In this document: in pieces, positions 24,271 to 36,014 of the stretch
How the letters are laid out: each line of letters starts with the position of its first letter
Position numbering within the stretch: the first letter of the stretch is position 1
From: Antedon mediterranea
Taxonomy: Eukaryota; Animalia; Echinodermata
DNA: 64,000 bases
Direction of reading: 5' to 3'
Assembly: GCF_964355755.1 (NCBI RefSeq)
Contig: NC_092678.1
Span: 11,964,352-12,028,351, forward strand
Notes under the pieces: model-generated
Database searches by the model: none
The model's input: the letters and a program-made list of their open reading frames with translations, nothing else
What the model was told of the DNA's origin: nothing
Position numbers and translations under genes: made by a program

Positions 24271-25881
24271 CAGGGCTCGATTTATCTTTTTCATGTTGCT
24301 AGCCCACTGGGCTAGTTCACTGTAAATTTCACTAGCCCATACATTATTTTACTAGCCCACTCTTATTATCGCACCGTGATAGCAGGGCCGCCATATAAAT
24401 GAATTCAGGCATTTTGTACAATAGAGGGCGCACTAATCTAAACGCTCGAGAATTGCTACACATTTACGTACATACATACTGTATTAAACTATTATTGCAT
24501 GAAAAATTACACAAAATTGTATTTCTTTATTGTTCACATAAAAATTAACTTTGCGTCGCGACGCATAGTCTATTTCATGCTCACCATATTCACAGAATCG
24601 ATTTTTTGAGGTCTTTTTGTTGTTGGGCTTCAACCTCTACCCTTCCTTTCCCTCTCCCCCTACCCTCCCTTTCCCTCTCTCCCTACCCTCCCTTTCCCTG
24701 CACAGAATTGATTATAAAAGCCAGTTGGGAAATACCAATTTACCTGGTTGCAAAATCTGTTTTGGACCAGTTAAGAAAACAACCAGCCTATACTGAGTTG
24801 TGCTTGAAAAACCAGTTGACCTGATGGGGAAAAAACCAGTTGGGGAGACCAGTTGGGAAAACCAGTTGACGTTATGGAAAAAAAACAGTTGGAAAAACCA
24901 GTTGGAAAAACCAATTGGAATAACAAACCAGGACCAATTGAAAACCAGTTGGAAAACCAGCTGACCAGTTGAGAAAACCAGTTGGAAAAACCAACCAGTT
25001 GGACCAATTGAAAACCAGTTGGAAAAAATAGCTGACCAGTTCAGAAAACCAGTTGAACCAATTGGTATCAGTTGGACCAGTTGAATACCAGTTGTACCAA
25101 TCGGAATTTCCAACTGGTCTCAACTGGAATTTTCACCTGGGCTAGCCAAGAAAACTAATTAGATTCTGTCTACCAGCTAGGCTAGGCCTAGCCTAGAGCT
25201 AGCCTATTATTATAGTAGGGTAGCTAGGATAGACCTACCTACCCTAGATCGCATTGGAGCACCTGGCCTACTGTTTTACCAAAATGGTAGTATCTAGCTA
25301 GGCCTAGATGGCGATGCCAAACGATGGCTTTTGATTTTATCTAGGCCTACGCATATTATAAAATATGGCCTCCATGGCCTACCTACAGGGATAGAGCCAG
25401 CCACCCGGCCCTACAAAATATCCCTAGCTTTGATCTGTGACAACCAGGCCTGACAAGACTAGACAAGTTATTTTTAACATTGACAAAATTCTACTACATT
25501 TGGCCAATCACAGTTCGTTATTAATTTTATGGTCATATTTTTGTGACATATTTGACCTGATAATGAAGCTCCGCCTACTTCACAATAACCTGGATGACAA
25601 AAACATAAATGGCCAATCATAATTCGGGAAATTTTCTTGATTATGAGAGGCTCCGCCTACATCGTCACTTGTTATGGCCACAGCAGCGCGCGAGTGGTTT
25701 TTTTTGCGGATGTTGCCAAGACATGTCTTTTATGCTGGAGTTATTTTCATGAGGTCATTTCGTCCCAATTTCGAGTTCCCACAACCTACTAGCCATCCGG
25801 GCTTAAAGGAAGATACTTTAGGTAGCCCGGAGCTGTTTTTACTAGCCATTGTACGCCGGGCTAGCACTAAATCGAGCCCTG
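24271..25881. mobile_element. Non-autonomous hAT-like element with an apparent 6-bp TSD
   Basis: TIR CAGGGCTCGATTTA / TAAATCGAGCCCTG, subterminal CTAGCCC motifs at both ends, CTGTTT at 24265-24270 and 25882-25887. Confidence 0.8.
24720..25141. repeat. Subterminal repeat array (AAAACCAGTTGG) and CCCAG-type terminus of a CMC/EnSpm-like element
   Basis: Dense CCAGTTG/CCAATTG units ending TTTTCACCTGGG. Part recurs inverted at ~48690-48753. Confidence 0.6.
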
Positions 25882-26629
25882 CTGTTTTTAAAAACTTAAA
25901 TAGAATCTGTCGAAAAATCCAATGGAGTGAGAGGTGAAAACGCTAATGAAGGAGTATTGTAGTTGAACTAATGGTAGAGAACACAGACGAACTAAGGATA
26001 GAACGAGCCGGAGATGAAATAGTAATCGAAGGTGAAAGAGTAATTGGAGATAAGCAGCAATCCGGGATGAAAGAGTAATTGAAGGGGAAAGAGTAGTTGG
26101 AGAGGATAAACAAATAGAGGAGGCAAAAGAGTTACAAGAGCCTCAACCTCAAGGCAAGTGTAAATAACTATTCAATCTTAAACTAGTACACACATTTATT
26201 TTCACAACACCAAAAAAGAAGCAGAAAAAAAAAACATTCCAGGAGACAATGGAAGCAGTAACATGGTCGCTGAAAGAGGTAATCAATACGCAAAATGCTC
26301 AGTTCAAAGAAGCCGAAGAACGGTTCATAGAAAGGAACGCCCTGATGCAGAAATGATCAAGAAACACAATGCTAGTATCCAAAACATGATGACTGCATTT
26401 CAAAACACACAGATGCAAACAATGAATATGCTGACGCGTCTTCTTCAGACAAGAAATGCCCCACCACCAGATCAATATTACAACCCCACCCCCATACCAC
26501 TCTCCTGCCTCATACAGCTCCCCACACAACTCGAGTATTGATATGTAAATTGAAAATTTTTGTTTTAAATTGATGCTACCTGTTTGAAAAGCTAATGATG
26601 TTAGCGAACCAATGTTAAGCATTAAAATA

Positions 26630-27300
26630 AATACTAATAATTTAGGTGAAACAGATTTATCCGAAATATCAGTGCGAATCATCCTGCCATTCAAAGACCA
26701 GAAATCTGCGAACTCCGTCAAGCGACAACTATGCCAACTAAGTCACAAGATAAACAAAAACATTGTCCCTGTATTCATAAGTAAAAAAGTTAAAGATAAC
26801 ATTAGGAAAGTCGAAAAGAAACCTACTATTATAAGTCAACAATGTGTTGTGTATAAATTTAAATGTTACTTGTGCGATGCAAGTTATGTTGGATATACAT
26901 GCCGACACCTCTACCAACGCATTGTTGAACATAGTAGATGCTTAATAGGACAGCATTTGAAGGATCATAACGTGATTGTTAATCCAAGTAAAATTAATTC
27001 ATGTTTTAGTATACTTAGGAAATGCAAAAACAAATTTGACTGTCTTATCTATGAAATGTTGTATATCAGACAATTAAAACCTACAGTAGTCTGAATAAAC
27101 AAAGTGACTCTGTAAAAGCTAAGCTTTTCATTTGACAGGATGTTAGACAATAGGTCTTTTGTTATTTAAACTTTGACCCTTGGCTTGTGCTACTTAATTA
27201 GTTGTTGTTTTATATTTTATTCATTGGACTTGATAATGACCCCATGATGGAGTCGAAACGTCGTTCTCTTTTAAGCGTTATTTTTATATTATGTACTAAT
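26630..27300 (+). mobile_element. Penelope-like element 3' part: GIY-YIG endonuclease and pLTR
   Basis: LPFKDQKSANSVKRQL, QQCVVYKFKCYLCDASYVGYTCRHLYQRIVEH, DCLIYEMLYIRQLKP, LNKQSDS. Confidence 0.9.
27226..27266 (+). ncRNA. Minimal type I hammerhead ribozyme motif, U3-A8 variant
   Basis: GGAC-TTGATAA-T-GACCCC-ATGAT-GGAGTC-GAAAC-GTC-GTTC: stem I GGAC/GTTC, stem II hairpin, GAAA and a GTC cleavage triplet. Lies ~100 nt after the Penelope coding region. Confidence 0.7.
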
Positions 27301-28269
27301 AATTTATTTCTGGTAATTAGGCCTATTTCTTTTAATATGCATACTTACTATATGTGAATTTTTTTTTCCAATGCCTTTTTTTTTTGGGAATAATACATCT
27401 TAATATTATACTTTTACACGATCAATTGTAATGTAATGTTTTACTATTTATTTCATTAAACGGCATGCTGTGACAATGACTTCACTAGTGAAACCCACAG
27501 TCACGTCGTTTCTCTTCATGAGCCGTCGCACAGTGGGCCAGAATCAATTCAAAGTGTGCCAAAAGTCCAAATTGGTAAACGTGGCAATCCAAATTTTTTA
27601 ATATCGGGTTAGGAAGAAGAGATCTTAAATTATATAAATCCACTAATAATAGTGTCTTGTAACCATAGAAACTGGAAGAAACCATGACATTTCACTTAAA
27701 ATGAGCAAAAAGAACAGTTTTGATAAATTTGCTGTCTAAAAAAAAGCAATGGATTTGATACTGCATGGAATTGTTGTCTGTTATTAATCATATTAGGAAG
27801 TAAAAATAAAATTTCCATTATTGCTTTATTTTTATACCGAAAAATCGTATTTTTAAAGTAAAACCAGTAAATTAGTTTGGATTCGCATCGATTCGCGCGC
27901 TAATTTTGACATTAATATTTCGAGCGAAGCTTGAGCTTTACGTTAATACCAAATTTGGCTAAAATTTGCGACATTGCATATAGGAAGCGATTTAAATTTC
28001 CCTATCCATGCCGTTTTAAAATAAATGTATAATGCATATACACATTGATGTACCGCAATCGCACAAACTTGACAAAGAGAAAAGCTTTCCACGACGCATC
28101 TGTATTGGAAAAGAGAATGCTACCAGTGTGCGAATAAGCAAGTGTAGGTACAGGTAACATGGCCTCCATATCAAAATACAACTTTTGAAGTTGTCCATTC
28201 GGCTGGTTTAATTACCAACCCTGAACTAGCCTGCGATGTATGTTTACGTGAATTGCGTTTACATTACAA

Positions 28270-29285
28270 TGTAAGGAATGACGAGAACATACCAAAAGAA
28301 CTTATGGAGTCTACTAAAACTATCAAAGCATTTCATCAGCTATTAGTAGTCAAAGAACCAGAAGAACTTCCCTATGCTGCATCAAAAGTATAGAAGCAAA
28401 ATTCACATTTAAAATATGTGCTGAAGTTTGCAATGCTTATACAATCAAGACCAGCTAAAATAAGAAAGTTAATATCCGAAAAAGTGAAGAATCTTTGTCA
28501 CTTTTAGTTGAAACTGATACCAAACAGGTTGGCTGCAAAAGGCAAACATGCAGATATTTACCCACCATATAACAACCTGAGTGAAGCTAAGCATAAATGC
28601 TACCCAAACAATATAACGGTTAAAGAAGATTCGGCAAGAGTACCCCTTCAAAGCTTGCTGGACCAAACTGCACTTCCAATTGTTCAGGAAAGAAAAGAAG
28701 AAATTACAGAAGTAGTTGAAGATTTTGCTGACATATACACCTGCAATTCAAGAAAGAAACGACTCAACTCTCACAGAAAGAGAATGAATATGAGATGAGA
28801 TAAAAAAGCTGCAACCAACGAAAATATTATTTGATATTAACTATGAACTGGCTGCAGATGAAAACAGAAAAGAAAACATCTAAATAACTTCCATCATCAA
28901 GCGAAGAAGCCTACAGCTATGGGCTCTCGCCACTACACAAATGGAGTAGGTGCTTTGAAATGCTAATTCATATTGGGTACAGAATGCTCAGTAAAAAAGT
29001 GGCGTATTTCGTCTGATAGTGAAAAAGCTATCATTGCCGATACGAAGAAAAAAAATACACGAACGGTTTAAAGAAGAGATAGGACTGAAAGTAGATTAAC
29101 CTAAACAAGGTTTAGGAAAACGATGGCAACACAGTTTGCAGAGCTTTCCAGGAAAAGACTTTCGCTGAAATTGGCGGGCTTAATTACAATTTGGGACTAC
29201 TGCCGAAAAACAGCAGAGTTATTATTATATAACAACTCTATCCATGGTATAAAATGCCAGTGAGTGTACATGTTCTTCATTTCAC
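28270..29285 (+). pseudogene. Transib transposase remnant
   Basis: DIYPPYNNLSEAKHKCYPNNITVKEDSARVPLQSLLDQT; YGLSPLHKW.RCFEMLIHIGY; GLKVD.PKQG, DGNT; LYPWYKMPVSVH. Many stops and an internal deletion. Confidence 0.8.
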
Positions 29286-29521
29286 GCTTCCTTGGGTAAT
29301 AAAAACCCTTACACTTTCAATAGTGAATGTAATATTAATTGACTTAAGAATTACAAGCACAATCGCCTCAACCAATCAGAAAACCCCATTTGTATTACGT
29401 CATACCTATTTAAAAATACTTCCATTAAATTTTATGGGTCTGAAAACCCCTTAGATCCTTTAAAAATTATTTTCTTTTTTTTCTGATAGAGTACGTATAC
29501 CATATAGAATGTCAGAAAAAA

Positions 29522-29722
29522 TATCCCTATCTTTAAGAAAGGAGTGACTGCCGATTTTAACAACTACCGCCCGGTGACTTTAAAACATCTGTTGTGGGTA
29601 AATTTCTGGAGAGGCTTGTGGTGCAAGCACTTCTAAAACATGCTACTGACAATTGCTTGTTTATCGAAAACCAACATGGGTTTTTACCTAATAAATCATG
29701 TGCCACGCAACTTGCAACTATC
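29522..29722 (+). pseudogene. CR1-like RT fragment, 5' half of the outermost host element
   Basis: PIFKKG..NNYRPVTL, NQHGFLPNKSCATQLATI. Continues in frame at 38383. Confidence 0.8.
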
Positions 29723-30841
29723 TTACTTGAATCTTACTTGAATATTTGGGCTCATGATTAAGGCAAATGCCTTTTAAACGCCCTCCATTTCTTCTGTATT
29801 TATCTAGAATTGGTAGCAAAATTTATCTCCCATTGCTCTGTCTTTGTTTAGTTGATCCTTGAATGCATTTATGTTTTCTGCCTGTACTGTAGTGTGGTAT
29901 AGATTGTTCCATGTGTTGACAATTCTACTTGAAAAGGAGTGGCTTCTGATTTTCAGTCGGGCTCTTGGCTTTCTTAATTTGAATTGATGGCCCCTTGTTC
30001 TACTGTCCTCTCTAAAGTCAAAAAAGGTTTCGGCTTCAATATCATCCAAGCCCTTGATAATTTTAAACACTTGTATAATGTCCGCTCTCCTTCTTCTGTA
30101 ATTCAGTGTAGGTAATCCAAGCTCTTTTAATCTCTGATCGTAAGATTTATCTCTTAACTTTTTGACAATTTTAGTGGCCCTACGCTGCACTCTTTCAAGC
30201 TTATCCAAATCTTTTAGGAGAGGGTACCATATACAGCTTGCGTATTCCAGATGAGGTCGAATTATGCTTTTATAAAGGGGCAGGAACATATCCTTATCCA
30301 TGTAAGCAAAAGATCGCCTTACCAATCCAATGAGTCTATTTGCTTTCTTTACAGCTTCATTCGTTTGTAGTGAAAATTTTAAAGACTGATCAAAAGTAAC
30401 TCCAAGGTCCTTTTCAGTATTGGCATTTGGCAGATCCTTGTCACCTTCCTCTGTTGGCAAAAAGAGAGGAGTGTTGCAGCGCCCATGTGGCGGCTCTATA
30501 TTGCTCTGTGCATAACAACTTCGTATCTGTTTGCAGATGGTTTTTTTCATCAAATAAGTTTTACTGGATGCTGGAATAGCAAATTGAGCACCATATATTC
30601 ACAAATTTCTTATGTGGAAATAATCGTATCTTGGAGTAAATCGCAGTTGTTTTTCTTGTTGTTTCCTGAAGTTCAGCTAGGCCCTGCTTGTGCCTTTATT
30701 GTTTTAATTCAAACTCATCACTGCCCAAGAACAATGGTCTACTAGCATCAGTGGGAAGCTAGCCCTGTACTTTCAATCTGACTGTGCATATTGTTATGTA
30801 AATGACCTTGTACACCTCATGCTTGAAGATCTGCTGTTGTC

Positions 30842-33800
30842 ATGCTAATTAGCTATAGCTCTGAGTTTCTTCATGGTTTACAGGGCTGTGTAACCAACAA
30901 CAATAACAGTTGTGAACTTCCTGAAGAATCTTGCTTAATTATACAATCTTTTAAGTTGAACTCCAGTAGCTGTAGTATCCACCTATTACCAAGGAGGCCA
31001 AAAAGAAAAACCAGGCGTGGTACAAGAGCTGGGCGTGACAAACACACTAAAAACAATCTATCATTTCCGGACTTATCATCAAACTCTCTCTTATCTAAAA
31101 ACAATATTAAATTTTGCAGTATTAATACAAGATCCGTTCGGAACAAAACAACAGAATTTGTGGATTTCGTTATCGAACATAATCTGGATGTTGTTGCCCT
31201 TTCGGAAACGTGGCTTAAACCAGAAGACACATCAGTTATAGGAAATATTACACCCAACGGATACTCTCTCAAACATGCTCCCCGTGCTGGTACTAAAAGA
31301 GGTGGTGGAGTTGCACTTCTTTACAAGGAAAGCATAGCGGTTAAATGTTATGACACGGGATTATTACCAAAATCATTTGAACTGCTAAATGTGGAAATAG
31401 TCAGCAATGCATCCTCAGTTTTCCTCGTAGCAGTATATCGTCCTCAAAGCAAATCAACGGGTTGCAGTCTAAATGTTTTCACTGAAGAATTCTCAACTTT
31501 GGTTGATCACTATGTATTGAAGCCGGCTCCCATACTATTCGTTGGAGACTTTAACATCCATGTGGATATGCCAAATGATGCAGATGCAATTTATTTTCGG
31601 AATCTACTTGTAGCAAGCAGTCTTCAACAGCATGTGTCTACACCTACACACCGACATGGTCATACATTAGACTTGCTGATCACTCGTTCATCTGATCCTC
31701 CTGTTTTCTCAAACCTTAATGTCATTGATGGTATATCAGATCACTATGCAATCACATGTAATCTCCTTATCAAGAAGCCACCCGTAATCACTAAATCCAT
31801 CGAAACTCGTCATTGGAATGCTATAAATTTTGAGACATTATGTAAAGATATCACACAGTCTGATCTCGGAACTTCGCTCTCAAATCTTGATTTATCAAGT
31901 AAAGTACGACTATATGTCACCACTTTGAGTGAACTTCTTGACAAACACGCACCACCGAAAAAGAGAACAGTAAAGGTCCGACCAAACACTAGTTGGTATA
32001 ACAGTGACATCTATGTTGAGAAAAGAACAAAGCGTAAGCTTGAAAAGAAATGGAGAATCTCTCATCTGGAAATAGATCGTCAAGCTTACATTGCACAGAA
32101 GAGGAATGTAAATTCCATGGTAAGAAAGGCAAAGGCCAACTACTACATTGGCTTGTGTGAAGAACATGCAGCAGACCAGAAAGGACTTTTTAAAATTGTT
32201 AACCAACTCCTTCATCATCGCCAGGTATCACCTCTCCCAGATAGTCTTTCTGACTTAGATCTTGCGAACAGGTTCTGTCAGTTTTTCACAGACAAGATCA
32301 AGATCATCAGAGACGACTTCAAGATTGATGACATGTCATTTAATGAGCCTGTGACAGCTGTTCATCAGCATCTCACAACATTTACACCAGCATCTCAAGA
32401 TGAGATCCGCAACATTCTGATGAAATCACCAACAAAATCATGCAGGTTAGATCCAGTTCCTACTTCTATACTGAAGAAGTGTATAGACGCAGTCGTTCCA
32501 ATAATAACGGAAATCATTAACCATTCTCTTAATACCGGCATAGTGCCAGATGAACTGAAAATTGCTCACGTTCGTCCTTTAATAAAAAAGCAAAACTTGG
32601 ATCATAACACGCTGAAAAATTACCGCCCGGTGTCGAATCTTTCTTTTCTTGGAAAGACTCTGGAGCGTGTAGTGACATCACGCATTACTCCATATCTTCA
32701 AAAGCATAATTTAAATGAGAATTACCAGTCGGCATATCGTGCATGTCATAGCACGGAGAGTTCCCTTTTAAAGGTACAGAATGATTTGTTACAAGGAATG
32801 AATGATGGGAAAATAACGCTATTGGTGTTGTTGGATTTGTCAGCAGCGTTTGATACAGTTGATCACCAAAGACTGATAACCCGTCTGAGAAATCGCATTG
32901 GCATAAATGGTGTTGCTCTTAACTGGTTCCAGTCATATCTTACAGGAAGACGTCAGCTAGTCTGTATCAATGATGCATTCTCAGATGAAGCTTGCCTTGA
33001 ATATGGTGTACCACAGGGGTCAGTAATTGGGCCTGGCCAGTTTTCCATTTATACGCTTCCCCTTGGTGACATTATTCGCAAACACAGTCTACATTTCCAT
33101 TTCTATGCAGATGATACACAGATTTATGTGTCAGTAAATCCAGTGCAAAGGGATGTTGCTGCAGCAATCAGTAAGATGGAAGCCTGTACAGTACCGGACA
33201 GAATTATTGCAGATTTTGAACGCATTCAACGCATTGTTAAAGTGTTGACAACGCGTTGAAACTGCGTTGTCCGTTGGCGTTGAAAGTGTTGAGTTCGTTG
33301 AACTGTTTATTCAACCAACACAATGTGTTGCGTTGAGTTTGCGTTGAAATAACAAACAATCGGATTCGTATGGTATTTACAGATTGCCAGTGTGTATTAG
33401 TAGTAGTAGTAATAGTATAAAATACAGTATTACAAATATTTAAGAAAACAAACATAATGTGTATTTTTCCGCGGAAACCTAGCTTAATATATTACACTAG
33501 GCTAGGCCTACTACTAACGAGTAGGCCCCGTGTGTATATGAGCCGCGTCTGCCATCGCAGTTAAAAGTAGTGGTCATGTCCTTAATTACTGTGTGCCTAT
33601 ATTAACTGGAGTATTAAATACCAAAGTTAAGGCGGCGGTGAATCTTGGAGGCTAGGTCACATCGTAATTAATTATTTCCAAACTAAAAACTTCGCAGTAC
33701 TGTACTACATTTTTCTCGATTATTTATAAAAACAACGTAGCCTACACCCGCCGCCATGGAAGGCAACAATACACCACCAACATAACGATCCAGCATGGTC

Positions 33801-36014
33801 GTCGTCTTTTTCACGCATGCTTTTCGTGACGTGAGGGACGAACTGATCGAAAGGTGAAGAGTTCATTCATTATGAAATAACGCGTAATTAAAAGGGAAAA
33901 AATCGTTTAGTTTTATTATTATCCATAAATATATCATTATCATGTATTATATTATAAATTAATTATTGTGATGCCTAACGTAACCCATGCAGAGAAAAGC
34001 GTTAAATATAATAACCAAGAAATAGGAATGACCAATTTGATGACAATAGGCAATTTTAGGCGTTTTCTTTAAAATCAAAACCTGTGCCATACCATATTAT
34101 TCACGCCAAGGTGTAACCCACAAATATTTGAATAACCAAACAATTCAGAATAAAGAACCACTTTATTCTGATGCAAGACAATATATTATTACAGGCGAGG
34201 TTTAGGCGTTTTCTCTGTAACATACTATTGTTTTGTTTCTTAATATAATTATATTGGCCTCCTCCTGAAACTGTATGAATGGGATGGGAGTTGCGAGAAT
34301 ATGCGAGCGAACAGCCAACATTTAAATCAGTTTACAGTGTGATGCTTTTCAAAACGCGCAACGTTTTCAACGCGTTCAACGCTATGGGATTCAATTGTTT
34401 AACGTCGTCAATGAACGGTCAACGGGTTCAACACATTCAACACGCTCTATTGTTAACGTATTCAAAACGCTTTTTGTACTTAAAAATGTAATGTTGTCCG
34501 ATTTATAAAGATTTAAATTGGTTCATGGGTGTCGGACACGTCAAATTTTTTAGTTCTTTCAAATTACATTACAACAAACAATGGGACAATTATAAAATAA
34601 AAACCAAAATAGAGAAACAATATTTTAACTTTATCTCTTGAATCTCGAACAGCTAAAAAATGTAGGCCTAAATAAAATTAATTACTTCGTCGTCATTAAC
34701 GATCGTTAAATACGTCATAACACACGTGGTGTTTTTCTTGAGGAAACCAGGGTGGCGGCCTCGTGTGTTGATGTCAGTAATTTCCACGTTGTTTGATTTT
34801 ACGACGTGAGATCGTGTTTTCCCCCGGAAGGCCTACAGTACAGTGTTAACTGTTAGACTTGGCATCGACCTTATTATTCGATGTTTTCCTTCACTAAACA
34901 CTGGGAAATATCACTGTGTTTTACTTGGTAACTGTCCGTTCAATACTTAAAAATATATCTAAGCTTCATATATATTTTTTATTTATATTAAAATATCTGG
35001 TAGTGACTGCCGATAGGTATTTTGCCTGTTGTTGTTACTGATCGTTCAGGCGTGCAATCGGCCAGTCTAGCGCTGCAGCAGCTAGCGTTGAAATAACTAA
35101 TTGTTTACTTGACATGCTGATAATGACTTTCGTTGAATAAACAACTAAACGTTGAAAGCCGTTCAACGCAACGCAAACACAACGCAACGACAACGTGTTG
35201 AATGCGTTGGGATTTTTGCAATAATTCTGTCCTGTACTGTATAGAAGATGTTCGCAATTGGATGACAACAAATTACCTAAAGTTGAATGATGGAAAGACA
35301 GAGTTTATTATCGTCGGGTCTAAATGTAACATCTCCAAAATCAACATCACACATATCAGAATCGGAAACTCTAACATCGCTCCCTCATCGGTGGTCCGGA
35401 ATATGGGAATCATGCTGGATAGTAATCTCACTATGGAAGCACAAATAACAACTGTATCCAAAGCAGCATGCATATCGATTAGGAACCTTGGTCGTATTCG
35501 CGGTAATCTTAACAAGAAAACAGCTGAATTGATTGTACACTCATTTGTCACTTCTAAAATTGACATTGGTAATGCCTTGTTGTTTGGCATACCAAAATCT
35601 CAAATACAACGTTTGCAGCGCTTGCAAAATATGGCAGCTAGAATTGTAACTTATACAAAATCAAACGCTCACATAACTCCTGTCCTGATGGATTTGCATT
35701 GGTTGCCTGTTCAACAACGTATTAAGTACAAACTTGCGTTGTTTGTATTCAAGATCCTAAATGACAGTGCTCCTGCTTATTTATCTGACCTTGTGGATCG
35801 TTACGAATCATCCCGCAGAGGCCTACGATCATTGTCACAAAACCTTCTTCAAGAGCGTAGAGCGAAAAATCAGTGGGGTCAGAGATCTTTTTACGTTGCA
35901 GCCGCAAGTGTATGGAACAGCTTACCAGCAACAGTTAAATGCTCAACTAGTCTAAACAGTTTCAAGACCAACCTAAAGACGTCGCTATTCGCTGATGTTC
36001 TCGCACGTTGTTAA
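30842..36014 (+). pseudogene. L2 EN-RT ORF (1039 aa once the MITE is removed)
   Basis: YSSEFL..RRGTRAG leader, INTRSV, SETW, GDFN, SDH, LDLSAAFDTVDH, YADDTQIY, LHWLPV. The MITE is the only lesion seen. Confidence 0.93.
33189..35239. mobile_element. Non-autonomous DNA transposon with TA TSD (Tc1/mariner-like), 2051 bp
   Basis: 23-bp TIR CAGTAC(C/A)GGACAGAATTATTGCA, TA at 33187-33188 and 35240-35241, CAAC/GTTG-rich subterminal repeats. Confidence 0.9.

Noticed and set aside
24720-25141. Short repeats with variable gaps resembling a CRISPR array
   Set aside because: Units are degenerate 10-12-mers without unique spacers, the context is eukaryotic with no cas genes, and the array ends in a transposon-like terminus.
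25900-26560. Host gene exons
   Set aside because: Stop-ridden low-complexity E-rich and Q/M-rich fragments, probably a transposon accessory gene tail, with no diagnostic motif.
30447-30500. HDV-like ribozyme at the L2 5' end
   Set aside because: Only a 6-bp hairpin (TCCTCT/AGAGGA) is evident, and the nested double pseudoknot could not be built by eye.
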